DNA of 58,272 bases, the filler included, from Dirinaria sp. TL-2023a (lineage: Eukaryota), in NCBI GenBank assembly GCA_051941275.1. It is 5 parts of 5 records of this genome, joined end to end, with 100 filler letters (N's around TTAATTAATTAA, not from the genome) between each part and the next. Parts side by side here need not be neighbours in the genome. Positions count along the whole stretch, not along the records: positions 23,403 to 34,966 come from JAVEBF010000834.1; positions 35,067 to 46,621 come from JAVEBF010000835.1; 3 more parts are not named here. One strand, written 5' to 3'. Every line of letters starts with the position of its first letter. The first letter of the stretch is position 1. The translations under genes were made by a program, and so were the position numbers. Of the stretch, positions 25,662 through 37,764 are shown piece by piece. Under the pieces are notes generated by a model. It was given only the letters and a program-made list of their open reading frames with translations, was not told where the DNA came from and ran no database searches.

Positions 25662-28626
25662 ATCAGGATGAAAAAATCAAGTCCAGAGAGAACAGTCCTA
25701 CCGCCAGCCGTGATCAGCGACTCTTGAGATGCCATGCTTAAGGGCGCTACTTCAGAGACTAAGCTGTTGATGCCACAAAGAGTACTGTAAGTATTGTAGA
25801 ACCCTCCTACACGAGGACAGGAAGTTTTTTCGCTATGATAGTCGACTTGTTTCGGCACTTAAGTTTATTATCCTTCATTGAAGTGTTGTCCAATTTGTAG
25901 AGTCAGCTGTTTGAGTCATGATAGAACACCGCCAAATACGTGCAGAGATGCTGTGGTGACTCAGGGATGCTTTCTCACAGTTGCATTTCGCTACGACTAC
26001 CTAGATATCGGCTTTCGGCTAAATGTTACGAAAAGATTCTCGTCGCCATCATATTTTGTGCTGATATTCGCTGTACCTACTAGATATGATTGTTTCGGCA
26101 CAGAAGGGTGAGTCATCCCATCCCAGCGAACATGTAACGCACCTCCGCAGCTTAGTAGAAGAAGCCTTCTAACGAGCCAATCAAAGCCAACTCGATTCCG
26201 ATCAAATGAAATCAAGCAGAACGAGAGATGTACTTAAAGCATATACATGGGCTTAGGTGGCGGCTGTTTTCTAGATTGAAGATGCTCACGCACTCGGTTC
26301 AATAACGCAAGCTCCACGACTGGAGTGGTTGTAGATTTGGTCGTAGATGTGGCAGCCCCATAATTCAACACAAGTACTTGCAATAACTGTTATCGATTGA
26401 GGTAATTGGCTAATTGAAGCAACTACTAGAGGGTAAGGTACCCAGCGAAAATGAACTTCAAGCTCTAGGTTGCATTCTCATATATTACTCGAGAGCATTT
26501 TCAGCACAAATTCGACACCTCAACCACTTGGAAAGGACATCCTCAACTATCGTCATTGAATCGAACAAGCTCAGTAGATCGAGCATGTACCAACATGTTA
26601 CAGTTCTGGTTATGTAGCGGCCTGTTGCTCAAATTAATCATTTACAGCAACAGTAATCGGCATTGTGCTGGACTTTTCGGTCCTCGCTGATGCTGGGTCG
26701 AACTACTGCATTCCATAACTTCTAGACAAAGCTAGCCTCTTGCTCGTATACTTGACGGTTGTTCAGAAACTGCAGAGATAACGCGTAATTGACTCGTGAA
26801 TATCATCCCGATTACTGCCCTCAAAATCCCATTCCCATGCAAGATTCTGTTTGAGGAGACCACAAATCTCAGACTGCAGAGAGTTGCGCAATGCAGAAAT
26901 GGAATAAGGTGGTCCGTCTCTCGAAGGACGCTGCTACCACCACCGGCTAAGACTTTTTGCGAATATGGAACGATAGTACTAGTACATGGTGGGAATGGCA
27001 GTGACAGATCCAGCTAGCGAAATTTAGACATGAGGCATTTCCGAGGCTGAATGATTACATCTATCAAGTGAAAATGCCGGCGTTTTATCGAAACAATTCG
27101 TAAAAGCCGTACGAGAATGATGGACTGTTAGCAAGAGCCTATGGGCAGCTGGACTGGTTGCGGGAGAACAATAATGGAGCACAGGAGCAGTGATGTGCAC
27201 GTGGTGGATCGGCCATTGATCTTCGACTGCAGTCAAAGGATTGCCGCTAAAAGCTATCATCTTTATTCGCAAACAGTGTGGCAGCCGGGTTCCCAGCCGA
27301 AATTGAGCTTTCAAATGTGCTTGCTATGGGAAAACACATCTCCGGGTGCGCTTGAAGCTCCTGCACTCAGGCCTGGAGTTGGAGCATGTACGAGCTACCC
27401 GTTCGGGATCATTGGGTGCCGCTGCCGATTGGATTTGGCGATTGCTTCTGGCGGCTCAATTTCCAATTATTATGTGATCTAGATGTGAAATGAAAGAGTA
27501 ATGCCGGTTGGAAAGAGGAACGGTCCGCCTGCAAGCTGTAAGCAGGGGGCCTGTACCTAAGCAGGGGAGGGTGTTGGCAACCTTGGCCAAGGCCCTGAGT
27601 AAGGTACTTTAGGTACATACCTTCAAGGTAGTTCCCCCTGCCGCAGGGTTGGTACTTTGGTGGCTTTCGTCTCCTCCCGGGGAAACAGGAAGCTACATTC
27701 CGAACTGCGATCGACGATCGCTTCACGACTGCCTCTGGAACGCTAACCCCCACGTTTGATCTTGGACAGCTGCAATCATGGGTTTGGGAATCGTGAACTA
27801 CTATCGAAGACTAAGGTGGATTCGTACTAGATACCTTATGATTATAAAATCAACTATAACATCTCTGGGTGAGAGTAATAACATGAAAAAAACAAAAAGA
27901 AATAGAAAATACCTAATGGCCTGGCCGAAAATGTCGTGATCCAGAGCACGGATGTCCTGCTCACTGCGCATCCATCTTGGGATGACTAGGAAAAGGTTAA
28001 TTCTTGGTACTCGTGCTCCGTACTTCCCCTCCCTGGTAGGTTTGAGCTTGAGCTAAAAAGACCAACGCAACAATTATGGCCGAACACTGAACAACGACGG
28101 TCTCTGTTTTCAGCGGTCAGCCTGATGAAAGATTGCGGGCGCACTTCTGACGCATCGCAGCGCAACGCGAGCGGATGCGGATGCGGAGGATCGGTGTAAA
28201 GATCGACAATCACGCGCAATTGCTGAAACTGGGCTTAGAGGGGCGTAACCTGTGCAGTGTTTTCTTCCCTGTGATGTTCACCGCTTCTATGGAAGAGGTT
28301 TCAATATTAAGGTAAATTATTTCGGCGTAAGTTAGGGTATCACAGATCTCTGTACCTTACCAAGCCAATTAGATGGTACCTTGGGTACCTCAAAGTATGT
28401 CTGGAGTGCCAGACCCATGGGTGTGGCCGCTTTGGCCATAAGGTAAAGTAGGTACTTTATGTACATTACCTTAATGCTGTACTCGTACCCTAAAGAAGAT
28501 CTACTGTACCTTACCTTGCGCTAAAGCGTGCTTTTCATTGGACCCGACCGGTTGGCTCGGGGAAATCGGATACTCACGTGAAGCATAAATGACGTACAGC
28601 ATACCGAGCATACTTTGGAGCTAACA

Positions 28627-28642
28627 GGTACCTTAAGGTACC
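28627..28642. repeat. Perfect 16-bp palindrome GGTACCTTAAGGTACC
   Basis: Self-complementary sequence; related versions at 28375-28389 and 28967-28980. Confidence 0.9.
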
Positions 28643-30614
28643 CCAGATTCTCAGCAGCTCCAGTATCATCCTAAAGTACCCGTACAGTACTGCAGACCCT
28701 GTACTCCGTACTGGTGCCACCTCTCCACCCTTACCTTACAAGAAGTTCAACTGAGTGTCAATAATTATAATAATAGGGAAGCCTTACTTCGGACGCATTT
28801 GGATGCAGATATGGCACTCCTTATTGATTACTCTTTGCATCCTTTCCCTTGCGTCTACACCAGAGAATCCAGGCATGCGTTAGCGAGGCTGCGAGACAAG
28901 CAAATTGCGTGCGCCAGCCCCAGATACAGACGCTGCAGGGTCAGCCTACCTAGTGACTCCGGTACAGTACCTTAGGTACCTCACGTCGGATTTCCTATTC
29001 CATCACAAGAACGTTATTTTTGACTGTTGCTGACAGCGCATACATGCTTCGAGCAGCTGATGGCGCAACGTGACAATCCTCCTTGGGTATAGCTTCGGCC
29101 TCTTCTTAAGCTCGGCGCAGCCGATCAAGGCTCCAGTCGACCGACCCACATTGTATGACTTCAATACGTTGTATTACAGCGCACAGCTTCCATGCGAACG
29201 GCGCGTTCTCGTTTCTGGTCAATGAGCGCGAGTCGGACTCGTCACATGAGCACGACTTTACCCGATCGGCCACATTTACTTCATACCCCGAGCGTATCCA
29301 TAAACGTGAGCAAATGGTATTTAAGCAACGGATCATCAAGCTGTCAACGAGCTGTCAAAGCTCAGGATTCTCTCCGAATAACATTCTGGAGTATGGCTTC
29401 GACAGATTACTGGTCTCGCGAGAAAGGCTCTGACTCAACTCGTGCAAACTTTCCATCCCCCCGGCGACAAGTGATTAGATCAACGACCTGTCAGACAGTA
29501 GCCCGATTATACGTACGATGCATGTTTAGTCAAGTTCCACACCACCACCAAGTTTCTTTGATAGTTGCGAGTTCTCAATAATACTCTGTGTTGTGTCAGA
29601 CATTTTCTCTGGACAAAGGGAAAGCCAGGCCAAGAGTGGCCGAACATTACGCCAAGTCCCACGGGTCCACTGTGGTCGAGGAGTTCATTGATTGTTGATG
29701 TACCGGCATGTATGCCACGTTCGTGATACGAACAATGTACATACTATATTCTCAGCAGACTCTGTTCATCGCTATGGTGACAAGCTCATATACACTCTCA
29801 GTGAATCGAGTTGATATGGCTGCTGCGGCTTGAACTAGAGCGCGCAATCCATTATGCAAGTGTTCCAGCTGATTGGATCCATCGTTCAAGCACTCGTGTA
29901 CACGGAGAATCCTTCTTACAGGCGCTCGTAACAGAATGCAGCATGTGATGTGCCACGCATAGACAGGGGCAGCGCCAGCCTCGGAAAGTAGTGACTGCGC
30001 AGGGTCGGTTGGTGGCGCCCGTGTGGCTTATCACAGTGCCGGGTCGCATCGAAAGGGAGGTGAGTTGTCTGGAACACGGGGCTCTAGAAGTAGACGGGTT
30101 GGTTTGATAGGGTCGCGAAGTGGGGGGGACTGGTCGGACCAGGAATTTTCCGGGGGGGGAAGAGGCGAATTTATTGGAAAATTGGGCCCGAATTTCAAGC
30201 CGGTAAGGTAGAGATACCTACCTTACTCTAGGTGGCCCTGATAGCTGAAACGTAATAGCGGGGAAAGGGAAGAGGGAAGGAGCAGGAAGTGTGTGGGAAG
30301 ACGCAATTGACACGTTCACGATCCAAGGGACTGGTAACGTCCGCTACGAATGTCAGCGTCGGGTCGATCTACAGGGGGTTCCGGTTCTTCTTTGAGTAGC
30401 GGTCGAGATATGGTGGGCTGGGAAGAAAGCTGTGTGGGCCTGAACGGGTCTATTCTAGAACGCTTCCGGCAGTTGGGAAACAATACAACAGGTCGTTCTT
30501 TGTGAGATACTGAGATTGGCGGTGGGGAAAAGGCCCATCATGTTCTTGTGATGCTCGAAAGAGCAGCACTTGGGATAAGGTACAGAGATAAGTAATAAAT
30601 ACTTGTAGTTTTAG

Positions 30615-30644
30615 TATTAGTATTGGTATTAGTATTAGTATTAG
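30615..30644. repeat. (TATTAG)n microsatellite
   Basis: Five hexamer units, one of them TATTGG. Confidence 0.85.
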
Positions 30645-31540
30645 TAGTGGTAGTAAGGTCGTGGTATCCCCATCGTCGGCTACTACTTTACTTTTTAGAT
30701 GAGTAGTCCGCGGGTTTCCTTCCGTAGCCCGTCATGCCGTGAAAAGTCCCATCGCCCTATCGCATCAAGATTCGATTCCTCTGGAGAAGCGAGAGTCCCG
30801 CATGCTAGCCACCCCAACGACTGAATAAGTTTGCCGCCGTGCACACCCTTTCCGACTTCCCCGTGACAGGCTAATTGCTCTGTTGGCATCGCACTTGTAC
30901 CTTTTGATAGGGTGCTGAGTGACGCTGGCCAAAGCGTACTAAGAGTAGGGTAGCAAAAGACTGATTTCTTTTTAGCCGGTCGTAAGCGTGTGCGTGAGCG
31001 TGTGCGTGAGGGCGAGAGCCTAGAGGAGTAGAGTTGTGCGCTGTGGTGTGGCATGAGGGACCAGTGCAACTACTACTATTACTACTACTACCAAGGTAAA
31101 GGGTTGGTGGTACAGAAGAAAGAACAAATAATCCCCAAGGGTTTCTTCTGTTTCTCTCCTGCTCCCCCTCGTCCCAATTCCATCCTTGTTCCACGCATGC
31201 ACGGCAAGTTTATTTGCACAACCCGCAATCGGTACCAGGGCAAAGTCTCAAGTCCGGCCCAGAAGGGAGAGAGGGGTGGCAAAGGACAGACCAGATTCGG
31301 TACTACTGACACTGTGCTGTACCTAAGGGAGGTAGTCGTCTATGTACGAGTACATCGACTCTACCAGCTACCTACCTTACCTTACCTGAACCTTGCCTTC
31401 CACTTGACTTTTTCGTCCAAAGGATCGATCGCTCGGCACAGAGTGGAAACGACCTCATATCTCCGTCATCGCCCATTTCCGTTACAATCGGCGGTCGCGG
31501 CAGATTACGGCAAGCCTGCGCCTGCAGCATTACTACCTTA

Positions 31541-31571
31541 CTACCTGACTACCTGACTACCTGACTACCTG
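31541..31571. repeat. (CTACCTGA)n tandem repeat
   Basis: About 3.9 copies of the 8-mer. Confidence 0.85.
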
Positions 31572-32027
31572 GGCTACCTTACCTCACACTACTCCAAAGG
31601 TACCTTAGGACCTGCTGGACAACAAAACCCTACAGCTGAACTACTCATACATTACCTTACATATTACCTTAATAAGGCTGATTCATTGCTACCTTACATT
31701 ATTATTTGCATTACCATCCATTACCCTTACACACTTATTTCTCTCACCTCTTATCATCCACCTCTTCCTCCCTCACAAATCTTCGCCATCCCGACGCTCG
31801 CTACAAGCCATACACACCTTAATCAACTTCAGCCCCGCGAATTAAATTCCTTGAGAGGCCAACACTGGGAAATATCCTGTTCCCGGCAGCATTGGCAGAG
31901 TCTTTCGGTCTCGGCAACTCTGGACCCTTGAACTCAACCTCGGCCACTGGTGTGCCCCAACAAAAACCCAGCATTACTTATATCAGCGACAATCGAGTCG
32001 CAATTGACTGCGAGTACTCACATAATC

Positions 32028-33741
32028 ATGCCTCCCCGATTAGGGACCCCGATGCTTAGCGTCGATGCCGGCAAAATGCGCAGGATAGACACGCGCAATG
32101 TCGAGAATCTATTCGGAATGTGGAGTGGTAAGCAACGACACCGACGAGGTCGCAAGCATGTCTCCGTGGTACTAACGCTATCGCCTCCCTGCAGTCTTTT
32201 CCAAATGTGCGGATTCGATGGAGGATGGGCGGCGGCTTGAGAATCTCAGCTGGCGGGTTTGGAATCGAGAAGTGCTCTGCTGCGAGCCACAACCCCAGCT
32301 CGCCACAACGCCCGCAGTAAATATCACCAGATCAAGACCATCAAAGGCTGATGTGCCGGAGTTGTCTGCCAGCGTTGATTCTGCCCTTTCTGATGCCTCA
32401 GACGACGAAGAAGGGCCTCAGCAGTCCCAGACCGGGCCTGTTGCTGTTCCATCAGATCCAAGCGGGACCGTTCGACCAATTCAGTCAACAAGTCGAGGCA
32501 AGGAGAAACACATCACTTCGGTCCATCTCGAAAAGATGGTATCTGATATACAAGAGCAAGAGGAGCGGCCATGGCCGCTACCGGCATCAATCACCAACGC
32601 AATACCTCCAGTTCGATCTGCTACACGTCTTACGCCACGCCCAACGTCTCCTTCCTTACATGCGTCAATCTATTCTTCCGAGTCATCTGCGTCCACTGCA
32701 CCCCGAAGCAGTCCCGAGAGTGACCGTAGTGCGGTTGGCACCGTCGCGTCTGACACAAGCGCAGAGATCCTCTCATCGTCTCACAGCGTAGTCCGAGGCT
32801 TCTCCCCAAACGTGTCTTCGTCGTACCGATCTAACACGCATCTGGCAGCACCTCAGCCCTCGGCCATGCCTATCCACCATAAAAAGGTCAGCGAAGCTTC
32901 CAAGCTCAATGTGGCTTTCTCACTTGGGGGAGGCAACTCTTCTGGCGATGAAGCCAGCTCTTTCGAAGACCGCATGTCCGGTCAGCAATCAAGACAGAGC
33001 TCGCTGACAGCCGGTCTCCGCCGGCCCCTACATGCCAAGAAGCAGACGTCTTTCAAGGATGAACTGGAATCACGGACGCTGAACCACAAGTCACATCAGG
33101 ATGAAGAAGTCTTCGAAGACTCCGACGAAGAAAGCGAGAGCGCCATTGAGGACGACGATGAGGATGATGATGACGACGGGTCGGATTGGGAAGACGATGG
33201 ATCGGATAGTGGAGAAGGCGCCGATGACACGCCCCTCTTTAAGCGCATCGACTCCAAACCCAATCTAGTGTCCCGCCGCTCGTTGCTTACTACTATGATG
33301 AATGAGAACGACCGAGCCGCTGCTTTTCGAGATATGGCGTCCCAGTCAACGTCTGCGCTACGACGATCAAGGAGATCCAGTCCTAATGGGCCGACGCTGG
33401 GAGACGCAACGGAAGAAGATGTCACATTACCGCCTACTATGACCAAATCGAAACCTATCATCATGACTACATCGAACATACATCCACCAGCCCTCTCTCC
33501 CAGGACCACTCGGCGCAATATGCTAGCAACAGAGATGACCGAATCTTTACGGAAGCATCTTCTTTGGGAGCGTCAACAGATCAGCACGACAGCTAAAGCC
33601 GTTCTCAAACGTCGGCACACCGCATACGATGTCACGAAACTATCAGAATATCCTGGGGAAAAGGAAGGCCAGACGTCGAAGAATAATTCGTGGAATCACT
33701 TCTACGACCAGGGCGGCGAATACAATCATGCTGGCTGGTGA
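32028..33741 (+). CDS. DUF1752/DUF3295 protein (Mks1-like regulator)
   Basis: Exon 1 MPPRLGTPMLSVD...LFGMWS, intron 32128-32194, then VFSKCADSMEDGRRLENLSWR, an acidic tract, LSPRTTRRNMLATEMTESLRKHLLWERQQ and C-terminal YNHAGW. Confidence 0.88.
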
Positions 33742-34966
33742 TTGTCATGCATCACTTCGCTCGCGCACTCATTGCCAGCGCAGCCGGGCACGACTTCATT
33801 TCAGACTACCCTACACATCATTTCAAGCGATCTTGCCTATTAGCGACTTCATTTCATTTTGCACAGAGCGATGATGCATAGCGTGACGGTGGCGCCTTGT
33901 CTCACATACAGTACACAGACGATACCGGCTGGCGCACGGCATGCGATTTTTGCTAGTTTTCAACATGATACCACCTGTGCTTGATAGCACAACGCGCTTG
34001 TTACTACTATTTTACGGACGATGATCAGATCTCGGCCATGTGAAGAGGCCGAGGAGCACATGAGCGTAGCAGGACGAAGGGTTTCACATGTACTGCCGGG
34101 GAATTCCCTGTTCCGCGAAGCAGCCAGGACCGGTTGCAACGCGAGCTCGGAAACCGCTCTGCGATGGGCCTCAAAACTGCTTTTCGACACGTCTTCGCTA
34201 TTCAGCTCTGACGGAGGTGGAGGTGGAGGAGGCTGAGACGGATCAACGGTGCGGCATGGGCCGGCATCCTTTGTAGATGTACCTCTACCTGCTAGAGCCA
34301 CAATAAAAGTACATAAAAACGGAACGGCTTTTTGATCCGATGAACCTATCTCACTCCTGCTATTGCTACTGAAAATGGGTCGTAACCGTTGCATCGCTTA
34401 TTCGCCCTCCGTGGAATCCGCCCGACTCTCCAATTGCAACGAAATGCGCTCGCTGACTGCTTCAGGGTCTCGTACCTATGCACAACAGCATACTCCAGCC
34501 CCATTGCCGCCTCATGGTTACCCCATCCCGTAGTCATCAGCCGTAAGGTAGAGGTCAGGGAATAGTAATCCTCCTTGATCCGGGCCCTTCCCGCTTCTCA
34601 TCCTGCCCCGTTTCTGTGATTCCGTTTGCTCACGCAATCTGACATGCATACGGCTACACTCCTACTTTTACTCACCGCTCCTTTGCTCTTCTTCCTTTAG
34701 CCTCCCCCGGGGGGGGCGGAAACGTTCAGTGGTTAAATCGGCGAAGATGGTGGGGATGACCCATTTTGTTACCCGAAAGGGCTGCCTGATGTTTCCGTAG
34801 GCGCCCAGGGGTAAGTGGTCTCGCTAAGGTAGGTAGCCCTGTTAACGCACGTTACGATGGCTCGGGATGGGACGCAAAATGGTGGTGTGTGACCCTCGTG
34901 CGTGATGGCGGGTGGTATTTCTGTAAGGCGTCGATTGTGCCGGGGGGGGGTTTTGTGGGTGACATG

Positions 34967-35066
34967 NNNNNNNNNNNNNNNNNNNNNNNNNNNNNNNNNN
35001 NNNNNNNNNNTTAATTAATTAANNNNNNNNNNNNNNNNNNNNNNNNNNNNNNNNNNNNNNNNNNNN
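34967..35066. other. Artificial contig spacer
   Basis: N44-TTAATTAATTAA-N44. Confidence 0.98.
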
Positions 35067-36868
35067 CTCGTACAGCTGCCGCTCCACCGCCGTGCCCGCC
35101 ACCAGCACCTCGTCCACGTTCGGCACGGGCCGGGACTGCGCGTCTGTGAGCACGGCGTCGGCGTCGGCCATGGAGCGGTGCAGGATGCGTTCGTTGGAGG
35201 AGAGGAGGTCTTCGAGGGAGCTGAGGGAGGCGGTTTCTTGGTTTAGGTTTGTGAGGGTGTTTGTCAGGGCTAAGGTTTGGGCTTGGAGGGCGGTTAAGGC
35301 GGACGCGTTGGATGCGTGTGTGCTGTGGATGCGGCTGGTGAGGTCGGTGGAGATGGTGGACAGGAGAGCGTCTTTTTGTGGGTTCGGGGGGATGGGTGGT
35401 GCTGGGACGTTCTCGGCTGGTTGGGTGGTCGGTAGGGGCGTGTCGAATGGGGAGGTTAGGAGGTCTGGAGCAGGCGGTTTGGGTTGAGGAGCTGGTTGCA
35501 GTGGCGGTTGGGGATGAGGAGGGTGGTGTTGTTGCTGGGGACCTAGCTGTTGCTGCCGGTAGAGCAGGTTAGGTGTAGATGGTTGAGGGTAATTTGGAGG
35601 AGGCTGTTGGGTTGGAAATTGTTGCTGCTGCTGCTGCTGCCGATACGGAATTTGCTGTTCCCAAGATCCTTGGCTGGCGTTTCTTCCTGGTGGGCCGTGG
35701 GGTACAGGAGGTGCAGCCCGTGCTTGATTGTTGTATTCAGAGGGCAATGCTGCACCCTGCGTCGCCGAGGAGCCGCCCGGATAAGTCTCCTGCGTAACAG
35801 GCGAAACGAGTGAGCCTCTGCTTTGCGCTGCCAAGCCTCTGTGTTCTGGCTGTCCGGCTGATGGCCTTACATCGTGGACAATGTACCTCTGGCTGAGCGT
35901 TCTCTGGGGCTGGCCTTGCGACGGTTGCTGCTCAGATATACCATAACCGCTGCTTTGCCCTGTATTTTCCACCCCGTATCCGCCGCTCGGCTTGGGTGGA
36001 CGAGGCGGAAAACCATGTGGACTGTTCAATTGTGGCCTTGGAGATTCAGACTGTGTGTCGTACGCCTTTGGAGGCGGTGGCGGAGGTCTAGGATTGAACG
36101 GTGCGGCTGTAGGTGGGAATTTATCGAGCTCAGGTGGTAAGGGCGGAACTGGTGGGGGTGTGCCATTTTGTATTGACTGTAGCTGGGCTTGTGGAGGCTG
36201 GCTTTGCTTTGCAATCAATGGAGGCTCCCTAGCGAATATCGCTTGAAGTATTGATACGAGTTGGGTCAGGTTGGATCTCTGTATTTCTTAATATCAGTAT
36301 CACAGCTATTCTCTGAATTGGCGAGTATCCTACTTGGGCTCAGAGTACTCTGTCGTAAGAGGCCGGAGGGCTACTCACATCTTCACGCCATTCCGCAAGA
36401 TAGGGGTGGTACACTCTACCCTCCCCGCTGACATACTGGCCGGGTCTTATCGCCATACCCTTGGTTGGTGTCACAAAAGCCATAGGCACCTCTCGAGGAT
36501 ATTCGTGAGGCATCCATATAGAGATCGGGAACATGTACGTTGTCCCTCGGAACGATACTGGCAGATTGCCGGCTATGTTGAGAAGGAGTGCTGGGTGGCC
36601 ATTTTCGTAGGCTGTACGTTATCAGTAACTGTGTGGCCTTGAGCTTTTGTGCATATGGGATCACGCGAGGGGCGTACTGTAGACGTTGGTTCGGAGAGAA
36701 AACTGAGGGTATTGGGTAAGAGTGTGAGCAACATCCGAATAGGTACGATCAGGGTGCCGGTATTCCTTCAAGCATGTCAATAGTTATTCTATGGTCCCTT
36801 GGGAATTCACCCACTCCTTTAAGAACATTGTACATCCAATTAAGCACTTTCTGTGGGACAGCACCCAT
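35067..36868 (-). CDS. VPS23: ESCRT-I subunit Vps23/Stp22/TSG101, 3' truncated
   Basis: UEV domain (GNLPVSFRGTTY.FPISIW.PHEYPRE.P...GRVYHPYL), Pro/Gln-rich linker, coiled coil and start of the SB box (VDEVLVA..AVERQLYE). Introns 36766-36814, 36612-36677 and 36279-36378. Confidence 0.92.
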
Positions 36869-37088
36869 ACTCTGGGGCAGAAGAAACCTAGGAGCACGAT
36901 CGTGGTGGATGAATGAGCAGATTGTACACGATGAACAAAAGTCCGCGACTTTCAGCAATGTAAATAGTTAAGTACATAGCAATCAAACAACCATGGATTA
37001 TCATTATTGACAAATGACGCATAGTGCAAAAAACCACAGAAAGTTTTAAACACAATATATTTTTAATTAAAAGATCCCTGTCATCTAA

Positions 37089-37170
37089 GCTCAATTAGCT
37101 CAGCGGCAGAGCGAGAGATTGCAGTCATGTCAATATCTCTAGGTCCATCGTTCGAATCGGTGATTGAGCT
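37089..37170 (+). tRNA. tRNA-Cys: tRNA-Cys(GCA) with 10-nt intron
   Basis: Acceptor stem GCTCAAT/ATTGAGC, D arm GCTC/GAGC, anticodon stem AGAGA/TCTCT with GCA at 37121-37123, intron 37125-37134, T arm CATCG-TTCGAAT-CGGTG and discriminator T. Confidence 0.93.
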
Positions 37171-37764
37171 CATAAACAACAAAACATTTTTATTTTATTT
37201 TTGAAGAATCTTTCAGGCTCAGTAATGCTGTCACTAAATGAAGGCTTATTCTAGGCAAGCACCAGGATATAAGCGTCTTCTAGACTGAAAGTGGTACCTA
37301 GAGCTCCACGCTCCGCAAGCTCTGTAGAGAGAAACATATCCAAGTTGCGCTCTCGATTTCAAAGGCTAAAACCCTTTTCACTCACACTGCTCATGCGTTT
37401 CACTACTCTAGGGATTCTCAATTCTCTTCTATCTGCAACGCTTTGTTTTTGACCCTTCAATTTCCGTTTTCGTTTTTTTCATTGCTATATTGGAGATGAG
37501 TGGGCAAATGAAACAAATTCGGTCGAGCATGGGGCCTCACGCCGCAGGTTACACGGCTGTGCGGAGAAGGCTGCGGTGTTACATGCGATGTGGTCGATTC
37601 GAATCGAGTAGCATTCTCCTCCTTCCCCTGAGAGATTCTCGGGTCGGAAACAATGGCCTTCAAAGCGATGAAGCCGCGTACACCCACTGATGCTCACGCT
37701 TGTGCCGAGTCCCTTGTGATGTGCTGATAGGACTGGTCTACTTACCTTGATAGGCACCTGGCCC

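Noticed and set aside
25878..31556. Many 60-170 aa ORFs in the long intergenic region
   Set aside because: No motifs, no consistent splice structure, and several are microsatellite-derived.
16652..36868. Apparent clustering of ESCRT genes VPS60 and VPS23
   Set aside because: They lie on different contigs joined artificially.
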